Part shown: one piece after another, positions 54,341-63,038 of the stretch
How positions within the stretch are numbered: position 1 is the stretch's first letter
How the letters are laid out: each line of letters starts with the position of its first letter
Notes under the pieces: generated by a model
What the model was told of the DNA's origin: nothing
Seen by the model: only the letters and a program-made list of their open reading frames with translations
The model's database searches: none
Program-made: the position numbers and the translations under genes
Source of the DNA: a virus
IMG/VR virus record: IMGVR_UViG_3300045988_134731
Coordinates: 74,545-138,544 of that record
Length of the DNA: 64,000 nt
Direction: 5' to 3' (one strand)

Positions 54341-54862
54341 ATGTATCAAATATTAACTTATGTAGAAGATAATTTTGCTAAATCAGCAATATGCTCTACT
54401 GAATTAAAAAATGGTGAAGTAGTATTAGTAAAAGGACTAGCTGATTCAACTCTAGCTAAAATAGATGATATAGGAGTTGAAGGTGAATGTTATGAAGTGA
54501 CAAACTTAGAAGATGACGCTAATAAAATATTAGCTATGGTAGCATCTGACGGTCATAGATATGAAAAAGAAACATCTTATAATTTTGGTGATTATGCAAA
54601 CACACCAGCTGGAGAAGCAGTGAGAATTTATTTCTTACACAAAGGTATGGTTGTTGATATAGAAAAAACACTTATAGATGGAACTGTTGCTAAAGGAGAC
54701 CAATTAACTGTTAAAGCTGGTTCACATAATCTTAAAAAATACACTGCTCCAGTTGCTAGTGAAGCAGGTACTGGTGAAGCAGGTGCTAAAAGAATAGTAG
54801 GGGAAGTTATAGGCACTTCACAATTAATGGGTAAAGATATGGTGCAAATATTATTCTATTAA
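54341..54862 (+). CDS. hypothetical head-module protein (possible decoration or auxiliary capsid protein)
   Basis: 173-aa ORF with a CAGGAGG RBS, immediately upstream of the capsid gene. Confidence 0.5.
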   Translation: MYQILTYVEDNFAKSAICSTELKNGEVVLVKGLADSTLAKIDDIGVEGECYEVTNLEDDANKILAMVASDGHRYEKETSYNFGDYANTPAGEAVRIYFLHKGMVVDIEKTLIDGTVAKGDQLTVKAGSHNLKKYTAPVASEAGTGEAGAKRIVGEVIGTSQLMGKDMVQILFY

Positions 54863-54896
54863 GAATAAAATAATTAATAAAATGGAGGTTAAAAGA

Positions 54897-55741
54897 ATGA
54901 TAGATAACGATGTTAGACAAATGGTAATAGACTTACATAACGGTGTGTGTTCTTATTCAAGAAAAGAAGCTTCAGATGTTATAAGAAATATGATATTTGA
55001 AAAAGTAGAACCACTTCCAGAAAAAAAATCTAATTATAGAAGATGGTTAAAAAGAAATGGTAATACAGTATTTGAATTATTAGAAGAATTAATAACTGTA
55101 ACTCATAACGAAATAACTGTTGAATCTTTTGGGGATTTAGTAGATGTTGACACTTTTGATATAGGAGATAAAAAAGAATTTTTAATTCAAAATGACGAAT
55201 TGTTCAAAGTTGCTATAATGGCTACTGGTGTCAAAACAGTTCATAGACAAAGAATCTATGATAAAAAGGTAGATACTAAAGCTTTCAGATTAGGCGTTAA
55301 AATCTATGCTGAAATGTTTGATTTCTTAAAAGGAAATATAGACTGGACTTTATTTGTAGATAGAGTATCTAAATCTTTTGATAAAAAAGTATGTACTTTA
55401 GTTACAAAAACTATATTTGGAGCTTATGATGCTTCTGGAAATCCAAATTTATGTAAAGCATCTAATGACGGTGCTTTATCAACTACTTTAAAAGAAATGA
55501 TAGCTAAAGTTGCAGATTCTACAGGTCAAGAAGTTCAAATACTAGGAACTAAAACTGCATTAGCTCATGTAAAATCAGATGCGACTTTTGTATCAGATGC
55601 TGAAAAAGACGATAGAAGAAATTATGGATATACTCAAGTATTTGAAGGTACTCCTTTAGTTCCATTACCAAATTATTATGATAAAACTACTGGTGCTTTT
55701 GAAGTTGATGACGATATGTTATTAATAGTTCCGGTTAACGT
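54897..55741 (+). CDS. putative major capsid protein, exon 1
   Basis: The start is set at MIDNDV after the TGGAGGT RBS. The frame ends ...LLIVPVNVE-TAA, but a matching C-terminal frame resumes at about 57302. The boundary is uncertain by about 6 nt. Confidence 0.55.
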
Positions 55742-55994
55742 AGAATAAATACTACAACAGCCCGTATATCGAGCAATCGGTATAGGACACAACTTGAATT
55801 GCAGGTAATGGGTAAAGCTCTACACCAAAGCGGATAGTGAAAACTAAGACGTAACGGTACGAAAGTAGAAAAAACGTAGAGATGGTGCATGGTTAAATCC
55901 TAAACACTAGATGATTAAATTCATTACAATCCCTGTTCATGCAGGTAAGCGTCCCTGTTTTAATATTAATTATTTTGTTTAAAAGGTTAAAATA

Positions 55995-56026
55995 ATAGGT
56001 AATTTTATCAATAGTTATGTTAATAC
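55995..56026 (+). promoter_or_regulatory. class-2 promoter motif inside the intron, upstream of the endonuclease ORF
   Basis: aATAGGTAATTTTAtcaatagttaTGTTAATAC, followed by the GAAGGAGGTGG RBS and the ATG at 56050. Confidence 0.5.
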
Positions 56027-56049
56027 AATAATATGAAGGAGGTGGTAAT

Positions 56050-57156
56050 ATGCCAAAGAAATTAACTTATGAGGAAGTTAAAGAATATATTGAATCGCAA
56101 GGTTATAAATTGATATCTAAAGAATACATAAAAAGCGATGTTAAACTTGAAATGATATGTCCTAATGGTCATCAATGTTATATATCATGGGATAATTTTA
56201 AATACGGAAGAAGATGTAAAGAATGTAAATATGAAAAACTTTCTAAAGAGTATAAATTTTCTTATGATTATGTAAATAATTATGTCCAATCGCTTGGATT
56301 TGAATTGTTATCTGATAAATATGAAAATAATCAAACCCTTTTAAAAATAAAATGTGATAAAGGACATGAATTTGAACGACAATTTAATAATTTAAAACAT
56401 AACCATGAATGTCCTGTTTGCAAAGAAAATAAAAATAAGAAAAAGAAAAGTGAAGAAATGATAAAAGAAATACAAGAATATTTAAATAAATTTGGTTACA
56501 AATTGATATCAACTGAATATGTAAATCATGGTGAAAAATTAGATATGATTTGTAATGAAGGACATAAATGTTCTATCTCATGGGGAAATTTTAAGTCTGG
56601 AAGAAGATGTAAAGTTTGTAATGATATAGAAAAATCCAAAAGAAATCGTAAAGATTATAATGAAGTTAAATCTTATATAGAATCTTTCGGTTATGAATTG
56701 ATAAGTAAAGAATATTTTAATCAAGATGGTTTACTTACTATTAAGTGTCCCGAAAATCACGTTTTTAAAATGACGTATAAAATGTTTAAGCGTGGTAGCA
56801 GATGCCCAATATGTAATAAGTCAAAGGGAGAAAAAAGGATAAGTGATTATTTGGATGAAAAACATATTAAATATGAATATAATAAAGGTTATTTTGATGA
56901 TTTGATTGGGTATAGTGGAAGATTGTTAAGACCAGACTTTATTTTACCAGACTGTAAAATTTGGATAGAATATGATGGAGAGTTTCATTATAATAAAATT
57001 TATGAGAATGATAGTTATGATATAATGAAAATACATGATAAAATCAAAGATACATATGCAAAGGAACATGATTGGAAATTAATAAGAATCCCATATTGGG
57101 AATTTGATAATATAGAAACCATTTTAAACAAAGAATTAAAAATAATTAATAAATAG
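56050..57156 (+). CDS. intron-encoded homing-endonuclease-like protein (paralog 3)
   Basis: Three repeated modules (YKLISKEYIKSDVKLEMICPNGHQCYISWDNFKYGRRCKEC...) precede the same nuclease end: RPDFILP...WIEYDGEFH...IHDKIKDTYAKEHDWKLIRIPY. Confidence 0.65.
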   Translation: MPKKLTYEEVKEYIESQGYKLISKEYIKSDVKLEMICPNGHQCYISWDNFKYGRRCKECKYEKLSKEYKFSYDYVNNYVQSLGFELLSDKYENNQTLLKIKCDKGHEFERQFNNLKHNHECPVCKENKNKKKKSEEMIKEIQEYLNKFGYKLISTEYVNHGEKLDMICNEGHKCSISWGNFKSGRRCKVCNDIEKSKRNRKDYNEVKSYIESFGYELISKEYFNQDGLLTIKCPENHVFKMTYKMFKRGSRCPICNKSKGEKRISDYLDEKHIKYEYNKGYFDDLIGYSGRLLRPDFILPDCKIWIEYDGEFHYNKIYENDSYDIMKIHDKIKDTYAKEHDWKLIRIPYWEFDNIETILNKELKIINK

Positions 57157-57301
57157 AACGAGATGAAACTTCAACGACTATTCCGAGAGGAAGTACACTC
57201 AAGCGAGTGGAAGTGGGTTGCCCCTATATTTATAGGGTGAAGAAATAGTCTATTCTTTAGTGAAAGCTAAAGCAGTTCATAAGAGAACGGTATAAAAATA
57301 G

Positions 57302-57485
57302 CGAATTTATACGAATAAAAAGTGGAGAATCACTTGTAAAACTTGGATATGAAGGTGATGTTGAATTGTACGAAGATACAGAAGGAGATAGACAAGACTA
57401 TCAAATAGAAATGGAAATGAATCGTATGTTACACTTAGGAGTTGCTATAGCTTCTACATACGCAATGATAAAAATAACTGCATAA
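57302..57485 (+). CDS. putative major capsid protein, exon 2
   Basis: The frame is open from 57264 without a start codon and encodes ...EFIRIKSGESLVKLGYEGDVELYEDTEGDRQDYQIEMEMNRMLHLGVAIASTYAMIKITA. A hairpin follows at 57507-57530. Confidence 0.5.
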
Positions 57486-57556
57486 TAATTAATATTTAAA
57501 TAATATAGCACTACTTTAATTAGTAGTGCTTAATTCTACAAGAAGGGAGAATAAAA

Positions 57557-58153
57557 ATGGAAAAAATAAAGAAAACTACTAAAACGAAGACTGTAGATAA
57601 AACGGAAGAAATCAAAAAAAAAGTAGAAACAAAAAAAACTAAAAGACAGATAAATATGGAATTAAGAAAAAAACAAGACGAAATATATATTGAAATTTGC
57701 AATATGTCTTTTATGAGTGTAATATACATGAATAAAAATGAAGAAACTTATTTTGATTTATATCCAAATGAATATGCTGAATTACCACTATCGGAATTAT
57801 ATGAAGTTGCAACTAAAAATAAATCATATTTTAAAGATTATATGTTGGCAATAACAGATGTTTTATCTGATGAATATACAATAGATAATATAATTGATTA
57901 TTTAGGTATAACAAGTATATATAATAGTGAAGAAAATCAATTTGCTATGCAAATAGATTCAATATTAAATCTTTCAGATGATGTTTTTGAAAGAGAAATT
58001 GAAGGAAGAAGTAATAAATTTATAAGAACTTTAGCTTGTAAAGCTATATTATTAACTAAATCTGAAGAATCTGACTATGAGTTATCAAGAAAAAAAGAAC
58101 GTGTTTTATGCAGAAAATTAGGAAGAGAACAATTAATAGATATTGATGAATAG
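57557..58153 (+). CDS. hypothetical structural-module protein (Lys-rich N-terminus)
   Basis: 198-aa ORF with a GAAGGGAG RBS. Confidence 0.6.
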   Translation: MEKIKKTTKTKTVDKTEEIKKKVETKKTKRQINMELRKKQDEIYIEICNMSFMSVIYMNKNEETYFDLYPNEYAELPLSELYEVATKNKSYFKDYMLAITDVLSDEYTIDNIIDYLGITSIYNSEENQFAMQIDSILNLSDDVFEREIEGRSNKFIRTLACKAILLTKSEESDYELSRKKERVLCRKLGREQLIDIDE

Positions 58154-58163
58154 AGGTGATTAA

Positions 58164-58574
58164 ATGACACCTGTCACAGAAATTTATGATTTATTTTTAA
58201 AACATTTAGGTAAAGATGATTTATTAGAAATAGATGAATCCGTCCTTGAAGATTTGTTAGAATCCTACTTATATGTTTCAATATCTAATTTTGAACAATG
58301 CAAACAAGATTTAACTATAGAGGACGGCTATTTTAAATCTGAATTAAATTGGAAAGAAAAACAAATATTAGCTAAAGGTATGTTGATTCCTTTTGTGGAT
58401 ACAAAAATACTTAATAGAGACGCTTTAACTATTCATATAACAGATAGTGAGTATTCTATTAAGTCCCCTGCAACCTTATTAAATAACCTTTTAAAAACTA
58501 GAGAAATGTATGTTAAAGAGTTAAGAAAGTTAAAAATAGGTTATGCCACAAGAGGAGTTGACATAAATGAGTAA
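58164..58574 (+). CDS. hypothetical head-tail connector-region protein
   Basis: 136-aa ORF. The call rests on its position after the capsid gene. Confidence 0.5.
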   Translation: MTPVTEIYDLFLKHLGKDDLLEIDESVLEDLLESYLYVSISNFEQCKQDLTIEDGYFKSELNWKEKQILAKGMLIPFVDTKILNRDALTIHITDSEYSIKSPATLLNNLLKTREMYVKELRKLKIGYATRGVDINE

Positions 58575-59562
58575 TTACTTTGAAAAATATAGAAAAAGAA
58601 ATCTAAAAGATTTTAATACAATAGAGGAAAAAGAAAGAAATGATATGATTAACGACTTTGAGTTTTACTTAACTAAAGAGGCTCGAAGTGCTTATGAAGT
58701 CCAATATACGAGACCAGATGAATTAATAAATAAAGAAACTAATCTTCATGAAAGAATGGTTATAAAAGATATTGCTGACAATGATAAATCAGCATTTGAT
58801 GAAAAATATTTAGTTTGTAGATTAGGTTGCCCAGTAGATGTTGGTAGTTATATATATTGGAATAAATCATATTATATATTAGAATTTGAAGAAGTAATCA
58901 CTACAATGACTCATAAAAAGTATACATTAAAACGATGTAATGAATGGTTTAATATTGGATATAAAGGTGAAATTTATAGAACACCAGTTAATATTACTAA
59001 CTTAACAATGTATTCTAAAGGTATTCACGATTATAAATATATTTCTAACCTAGATGCAAAAAGAACGGTTTTAGTAGGTTCTAATCCGATAACTTCTAGT
59101 TTGAAAGTCGGTGCAAGACTTATGGGAAAAGATAGACAAGCCTATAAAATAACTCATAAAAATGATTTTGAGTATACTAGAAGAGAAACTCCTGGTGATG
59201 GATTAATTAAATGGTTATTACTTGAAACTACTCAATTAGTAGAAGATGATGATGATAATTTAGTTGCTTACAATCCTTTTTATGATTCGTCTATTAAATC
59301 TGGAGAAATAGAAGGAAATGATAAAATACATATAGGTGAAGATTTAATCTATAAAATCCAATATGATGAAGAAGTGAATTTTGAATTAGACTTTGATTAT
59401 GGTTTTTGTAAAATTACTAATGCAAATAATAAAGAATGTACTATATCTGTAGATTTAGATTTTGATATTATTGGAGAAGTTATTACTTTAATAGCAAAAA
59501 ATAAGAATGGTGAAACTATAGATATTAAAAATATAACAATAAGAGGATTGGGGGCATCTTAA
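58567..59562 (+). CDS. hypothetical structural protein
   Basis: 331-aa ORF whose start overlaps the upstream stop. Confidence 0.6.
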   Translation: MSNYFEKYRKRNLKDFNTIEEKERNDMINDFEFYLTKEARSAYEVQYTRPDELINKETNLHERMVIKDIADNDKSAFDEKYLVCRLGCPVDVGSYIYWNKSYYILEFEEVITTMTHKKYTLKRCNEWFNIGYKGEIYRTPVNITNLTMYSKGIHDYKYISNLDAKRTVLVGSNPITSSLKVGARLMGKDRQAYKITHKNDFEYTRRETPGDGLIKWLLLETTQLVEDDDDNLVAYNPFYDSSIKSGEIEGNDKIHIGEDLIYKIQYDEEVNFELDFDYGFCKITNANNKECTISVDLDFDIIGEVITLIAKNKNGETIDIKNITIRGLGAS

Positions 59563-59563
59563 A

Positions 59564-60091
59564 ATGGGCAAGTTAATAACATTTCCAGATAGATATATAA
59601 ATAAAGTGGGAACTCTTTTAATGCTTGATGATACAATTAATAAAATGTTGTATTATACAAACACCACTGAAGATGATATTTTATCTCTACCTAAAGTAAA
59701 AGAGCCTATAAAGAACCTTAATGATAAAAAAATATTTATAGACCGTAGAGTTAATAAACTCTTTGACGCTATATTTGAATCTGATTGTTATATATTTTTA
59801 AATATGTATAAAGATGAACCAGCTTCTTTAAATAATGGTAAAACCTCTTCATTTATAAGTTCTTTTAGATTAGATATAGGTGTAGTTTGTCACAATAGTT
59901 GTTCCAATACATTAAATGGTTCAAGAGATGTTATCATTTACAAAAGAATAAATGAAATTCTTAGAGAAGATGAAAGATTAGAGGCTATTGGGAAACCAAT
60001 TATAGGAACTACATCACAAAATTATTCAATACCAATTGATTATAACACTTATATAACAAGTGTTACAGTGAGATATTTCAATGAAATGTAA
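59564..60091 (+). CDS. hypothetical structural protein
   Basis: 175-aa ORF, tightly coupled to its neighbours. Confidence 0.6.
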   Translation: MGKLITFPDRYINKVGTLLMLDDTINKMLYYTNTTEDDILSLPKVKEPIKNLNDKKIFIDRRVNKLFDAIFESDCYIFLNMYKDEPASLNNGKTSSFISSFRLDIGVVCHNSCSNTLNGSRDVIIYKRINEILREDERLEAIGKPIIGTTSQNYSIPIDYNTYITSVTVRYFNEM

Positions 60092-60821
60092 ATTCACTAA
60101 AGAATTATTATCTGGTAAAGATATTGATTTAAAAGAATTTAATTTGGGCATTATTAAACAACCCAAGGTTCAAACCTTTATAGAGGTGGTAGATAGTATA
60201 GAATTTATAAAACCTTTTTATATGGTTCGATATTGGAATAATAATGGTGCTTTTGAAGAAGTGGAAATGCCTTTTAATATATATTATACCTTATCTCAAA
60301 AGAATAAATCTTTATTAGTAGATTTAATATTATATCTTATGATTTTATATGATACGAAAGATATAAAATTAAAAAATTGTGGAGATAAAGGATATAGTAT
60401 ATTTATTAAATCTCAAGATAATATTGAATCTTTTATAGACGATAGTAATTTTAATATATTGTCTAAAATTGTTTTAGAAATAATGTATTATGATGAACCT
60501 AAAAAAGAAATCAAGCAAAAGATTGAAGGTTCGGCTGAAGATATAGCATTATTTGAAAAGTATGAAAAAGAATACAAAGAAAAACAAATAAAAAGAAATG
60601 CTATATATTTTGAAGAAATAGTAAGACAAGTAATACATACGAGAAAAACTACGTATGAAGAAATAAAAAAATGGACTGCTTGGCAATTACAAGACACTTA
60701 TAAATCAATGAAAGCAATGGAAGATTGCGAATTGGCTTGGAAACTTGCTATTGCAGGAGCATATAAAGGTAAAGAAATTCCTCCTTGGTATATGGGTACA
60801 AGACTAATGAGGGATGAATAA
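60081..60821 (+). CDS. hypothetical structural protein
   Basis: 246-aa ORF that overlaps the upstream gene by 11 nt. Confidence 0.6.
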   Translation: MKCKFTKELLSGKDIDLKEFNLGIIKQPKVQTFIEVVDSIEFIKPFYMVRYWNNNGAFEEVEMPFNIYYTLSQKNKSLLVDLILYLMILYDTKDIKLKNCGDKGYSIFIKSQDNIESFIDDSNFNILSKIVLEIMYYDEPKKEIKQKIEGSAEDIALFEKYEKEYKEKQIKRNAIYFEEIVRQVIHTRKTTYEEIKKWTAWQLQDTYKSMKAMEDCELAWKLAIAGAYKGKEIPPWYMGTRLMRDE

Positions 60822-60849
60822 ATAATTAATAAAATGGAGGTAATGTGAA

Positions 60850-61359
60850 ATGGCACAAGAAACTTTATTCGTAATAGAAGGTGCTATGCAAGGGAAACTT
60901 CATCCAAACGGTGAAACTGGAACAGATAAAGACGTAGCATTAGATTATGTAAATGCATTTAATTTAGGTCAATCAGAAGATACTTTAAATGCTAGAGCTG
61001 ATGGTAAAAATAAAATAACATTAAAAGCAAATAAAGCTATGACTTTCACAGCAGAAATGGAAGTTATGAATTTCGATATGTTCTTAGTTACTTTAGGAGC
61101 TACAAAAGATGCAGAAGGTAAAATACATATAGGTGATTCTCCATCTACTACTTATACTTATACAGGAAAAATGAAATTAAAATTCCCAGACGGTACAAGA
61201 AAAATATTAAATGCAACAATACCTAACTGTACTCCACAAATAACTGAAGATTTTGGTACAAGTTCATTAGATTTACAAACTTATTCTGTAACTTTTGATG
61301 TAGGTACTGATGACAAAGGCGATTTTATGACATTTGAAGAAGATAAAACAAGTGTGTAA
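60850..61359 (+). CDS. putative major tail (tube) protein
   Basis: 169-aa ORF with a strong RBS, followed directly by a strong terminator. The call rests on size and position. Confidence 0.4.
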   Translation: MAQETLFVIEGAMQGKLHPNGETGTDKDVALDYVNAFNLGQSEDTLNARADGKNKITLKANKAMTFTAEMEVMNFDMFLVTLGATKDAEGKIHIGDSPSTTYTYTGKMKLKFPDGTRKILNATIPNCTPQITEDFGTSSLDLQTYSVTFDVGTDDKGDFMTFEEDKTSV

Positions 61360-61382
61360 AAATAATTAATAAATTTTAACTT

Positions 61383-61412
61383 ATGGGGGCAGAAATGTCC
61401 CCATATTTTTTT
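61383..61412 (+). terminator. rho-independent terminator
   Basis: Stem ATGGGGGC/GTCCCCAT (61383-61390 / 61397-61404), followed by ATTTTTTT. Confidence 0.7.
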
Positions 61413-61517
61413 ATATACTTTTGTAAGAGTATTTGGATTAATGGTTTTACGAAAGTATATAAATTATATGGGGGCAATAAACACCTCCAATAAAATATAC
61501 AAAAGGAGGATAATTAA

Positions 61518-62933
61518 ATGGGCGATAAAGTGAAAGTCAGAGAAGGGAATGATGGTTACTCTTATCCATACACTTCCCCAGATTTAGTTATAGATAAAAA
61601 CGGAAAATCAAATACAAAGAAATTTAAAGAAATTGATTCGCAATTTAAAGATATTGCGAATAAAAAAATATATATAACTCCAGAAGATTTTGGTGCAAAA
61701 GGTGATGGAATAACAGATGATACAGTAGCATTACAAAATGCTATCAATGAAGCTCAGTCCCAAAATATACCAATAAGAAGTAAGCATAAAACTTATTTAA
61801 TTTCAGCTTCTATTACTATAACAAATAAAATTGATTTAGATTTTTCTAATTCAATTTTAACCTCTAACACTAATATAAATAACATTATAGATGTAGCATC
61901 AGGGCAAAATCATTATAGTCAAATAAAAAACCTAACAATAGACTGTAATAATATAGAAAATTTAAACGGATTTAATATTAGTCATGCCGAAAAATTAGAA
62001 ATAAATCATTTGATAGTAAAAAATTGTACTAAATCATGTTATAAAATAGATAGTGGATATGAAGTTTTTATGTCTAATTCCCATTTGAATGGTGTTGGAG
62101 AAAATTCTATAGGATTAAATATAAATACAAGTGATTGCAATTATACAGATATCATATTAATAGATTGTTTTACAGGTATATTTTCTAACAATACAAATAA
62201 TTATTATACTAGAATACATGGATGGATAAAGGAGAATACACTGTTAAATTCAACTTTTATAAATATAAACAATGGGAATATATTTATAAAAGATTGTTAT
62301 TCGGATACTTATTATAAAACTATGTATGTAAACAACCCCGCAAATATAGTGATTAATGGTCTAAATGTATATTATTTTGATTCAGACAAAGTTAATAATG
62401 AATACAAAATAAATAACCCATATGTTTTTTATTTTAATGAAACCACTTGTAATTCCTCCAATAGTGAATTTATAACATTAAATAATTCGATTATAAAGGG
62501 GTCAGATAATTTTAATCTTAATTTATCCAATTTGGACGAATTAAGATGTAAAGGTTTTTATAACAATATATATGCAAAATGTAAGAACATAAAATTTTAT
62601 AAAAAAGGAAATTTATCTATAGATGATATTTCTAATATAAAAGCACTTGATGAAAAAATTATTAATATGGATAATAAAATTAAAATTAATATAGTATTAC
62701 AAATTACATTGGATAATATAATTCATGACCAAAATATTACATTAGGAGTTTTACCTAGTGGATTTAGACCAATTGAAAGTATATATACCTATGCTATTTT
62801 AAGTAAGAATAGATATAAATTTACTGAAGCATATCCATTATATGTTTATATAAGTTCTTCTGGAAGTATACTTGTAAATATTCCTTCTAATATTACTGGT
62901 ACAGGATATGTATTCTTAGATTTTTCTTTTTAG
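61518..62933 (+). CDS. tail spike or depolymerase with a pectate-lyase-3-type beta-helix domain
   Basis: ITPEDFGAKGDGITDDTVALQNAINEA is the canonical N-terminal cap of Pectate_lyase_3 / rhamnogalacturonase-like beta-helices. The rest is Asn-rich and repetitive. Confidence 0.65.
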   Translation: MGDKVKVREGNDGYSYPYTSPDLVIDKNGKSNTKKFKEIDSQFKDIANKKIYITPEDFGAKGDGITDDTVALQNAINEAQSQNIPIRSKHKTYLISASITITNKIDLDFSNSILTSNTNINNIIDVASGQNHYSQIKNLTIDCNNIENLNGFNISHAEKLEINHLIVKNCTKSCYKIDSGYEVFMSNSHLNGVGENSIGLNINTSDCNYTDIILIDCFTGIFSNNTNNYYTRIHGWIKENTLLNSTFININNGNIFIKDCYSDTYYKTMYVNNPANIVINGLNVYYFDSDKVNNEYKINNPYVFYFNETTCNSSNSEFITLNNSIIKGSDNFNLNLSNLDELRCKGFYNNIYAKCKNIKFYKKGNLSIDDISNIKALDEKIINMDNKIKINIVLQITLDNIIHDQNITLGVLPSGFRPIESIYTYAILSKNRYKFTEAYPLYVYISSSGSILVNIPSNITGTGYVFLDFSF

Positions 62934-62980
62934 TACGCAATTTAAAAATATTGTGTACTTAGTATCGAAATGAAATTGTA

Positions 62981-63010
62981 AGAGTGGTGTTAATTTACCA
63001 CTCTTTTTAT
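62981..63010 (+). terminator. rho-independent terminator
   Basis: Stem AGAGTGGT/ACCACTCT (62981-62988 / 62997-63004), followed by TTTTAT. Confidence 0.65.
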
Positions 63011-63038
63011 ATAAAAATTAATAAAGGAGGATGATTAA

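Larger units (their letters stand above)
55742..57301 (+). mobile_element. putative group I intron carrying a homing-endonuclease ORF, inserted in the capsid gene
   Basis: GC-richer ORF-free flanks (55749-55980 and 57157-57300) bracket the ORF at 56050-57156. The exon 1 candidate end is a T and the insert candidate end is a G (57301). Confidence 0.55.
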
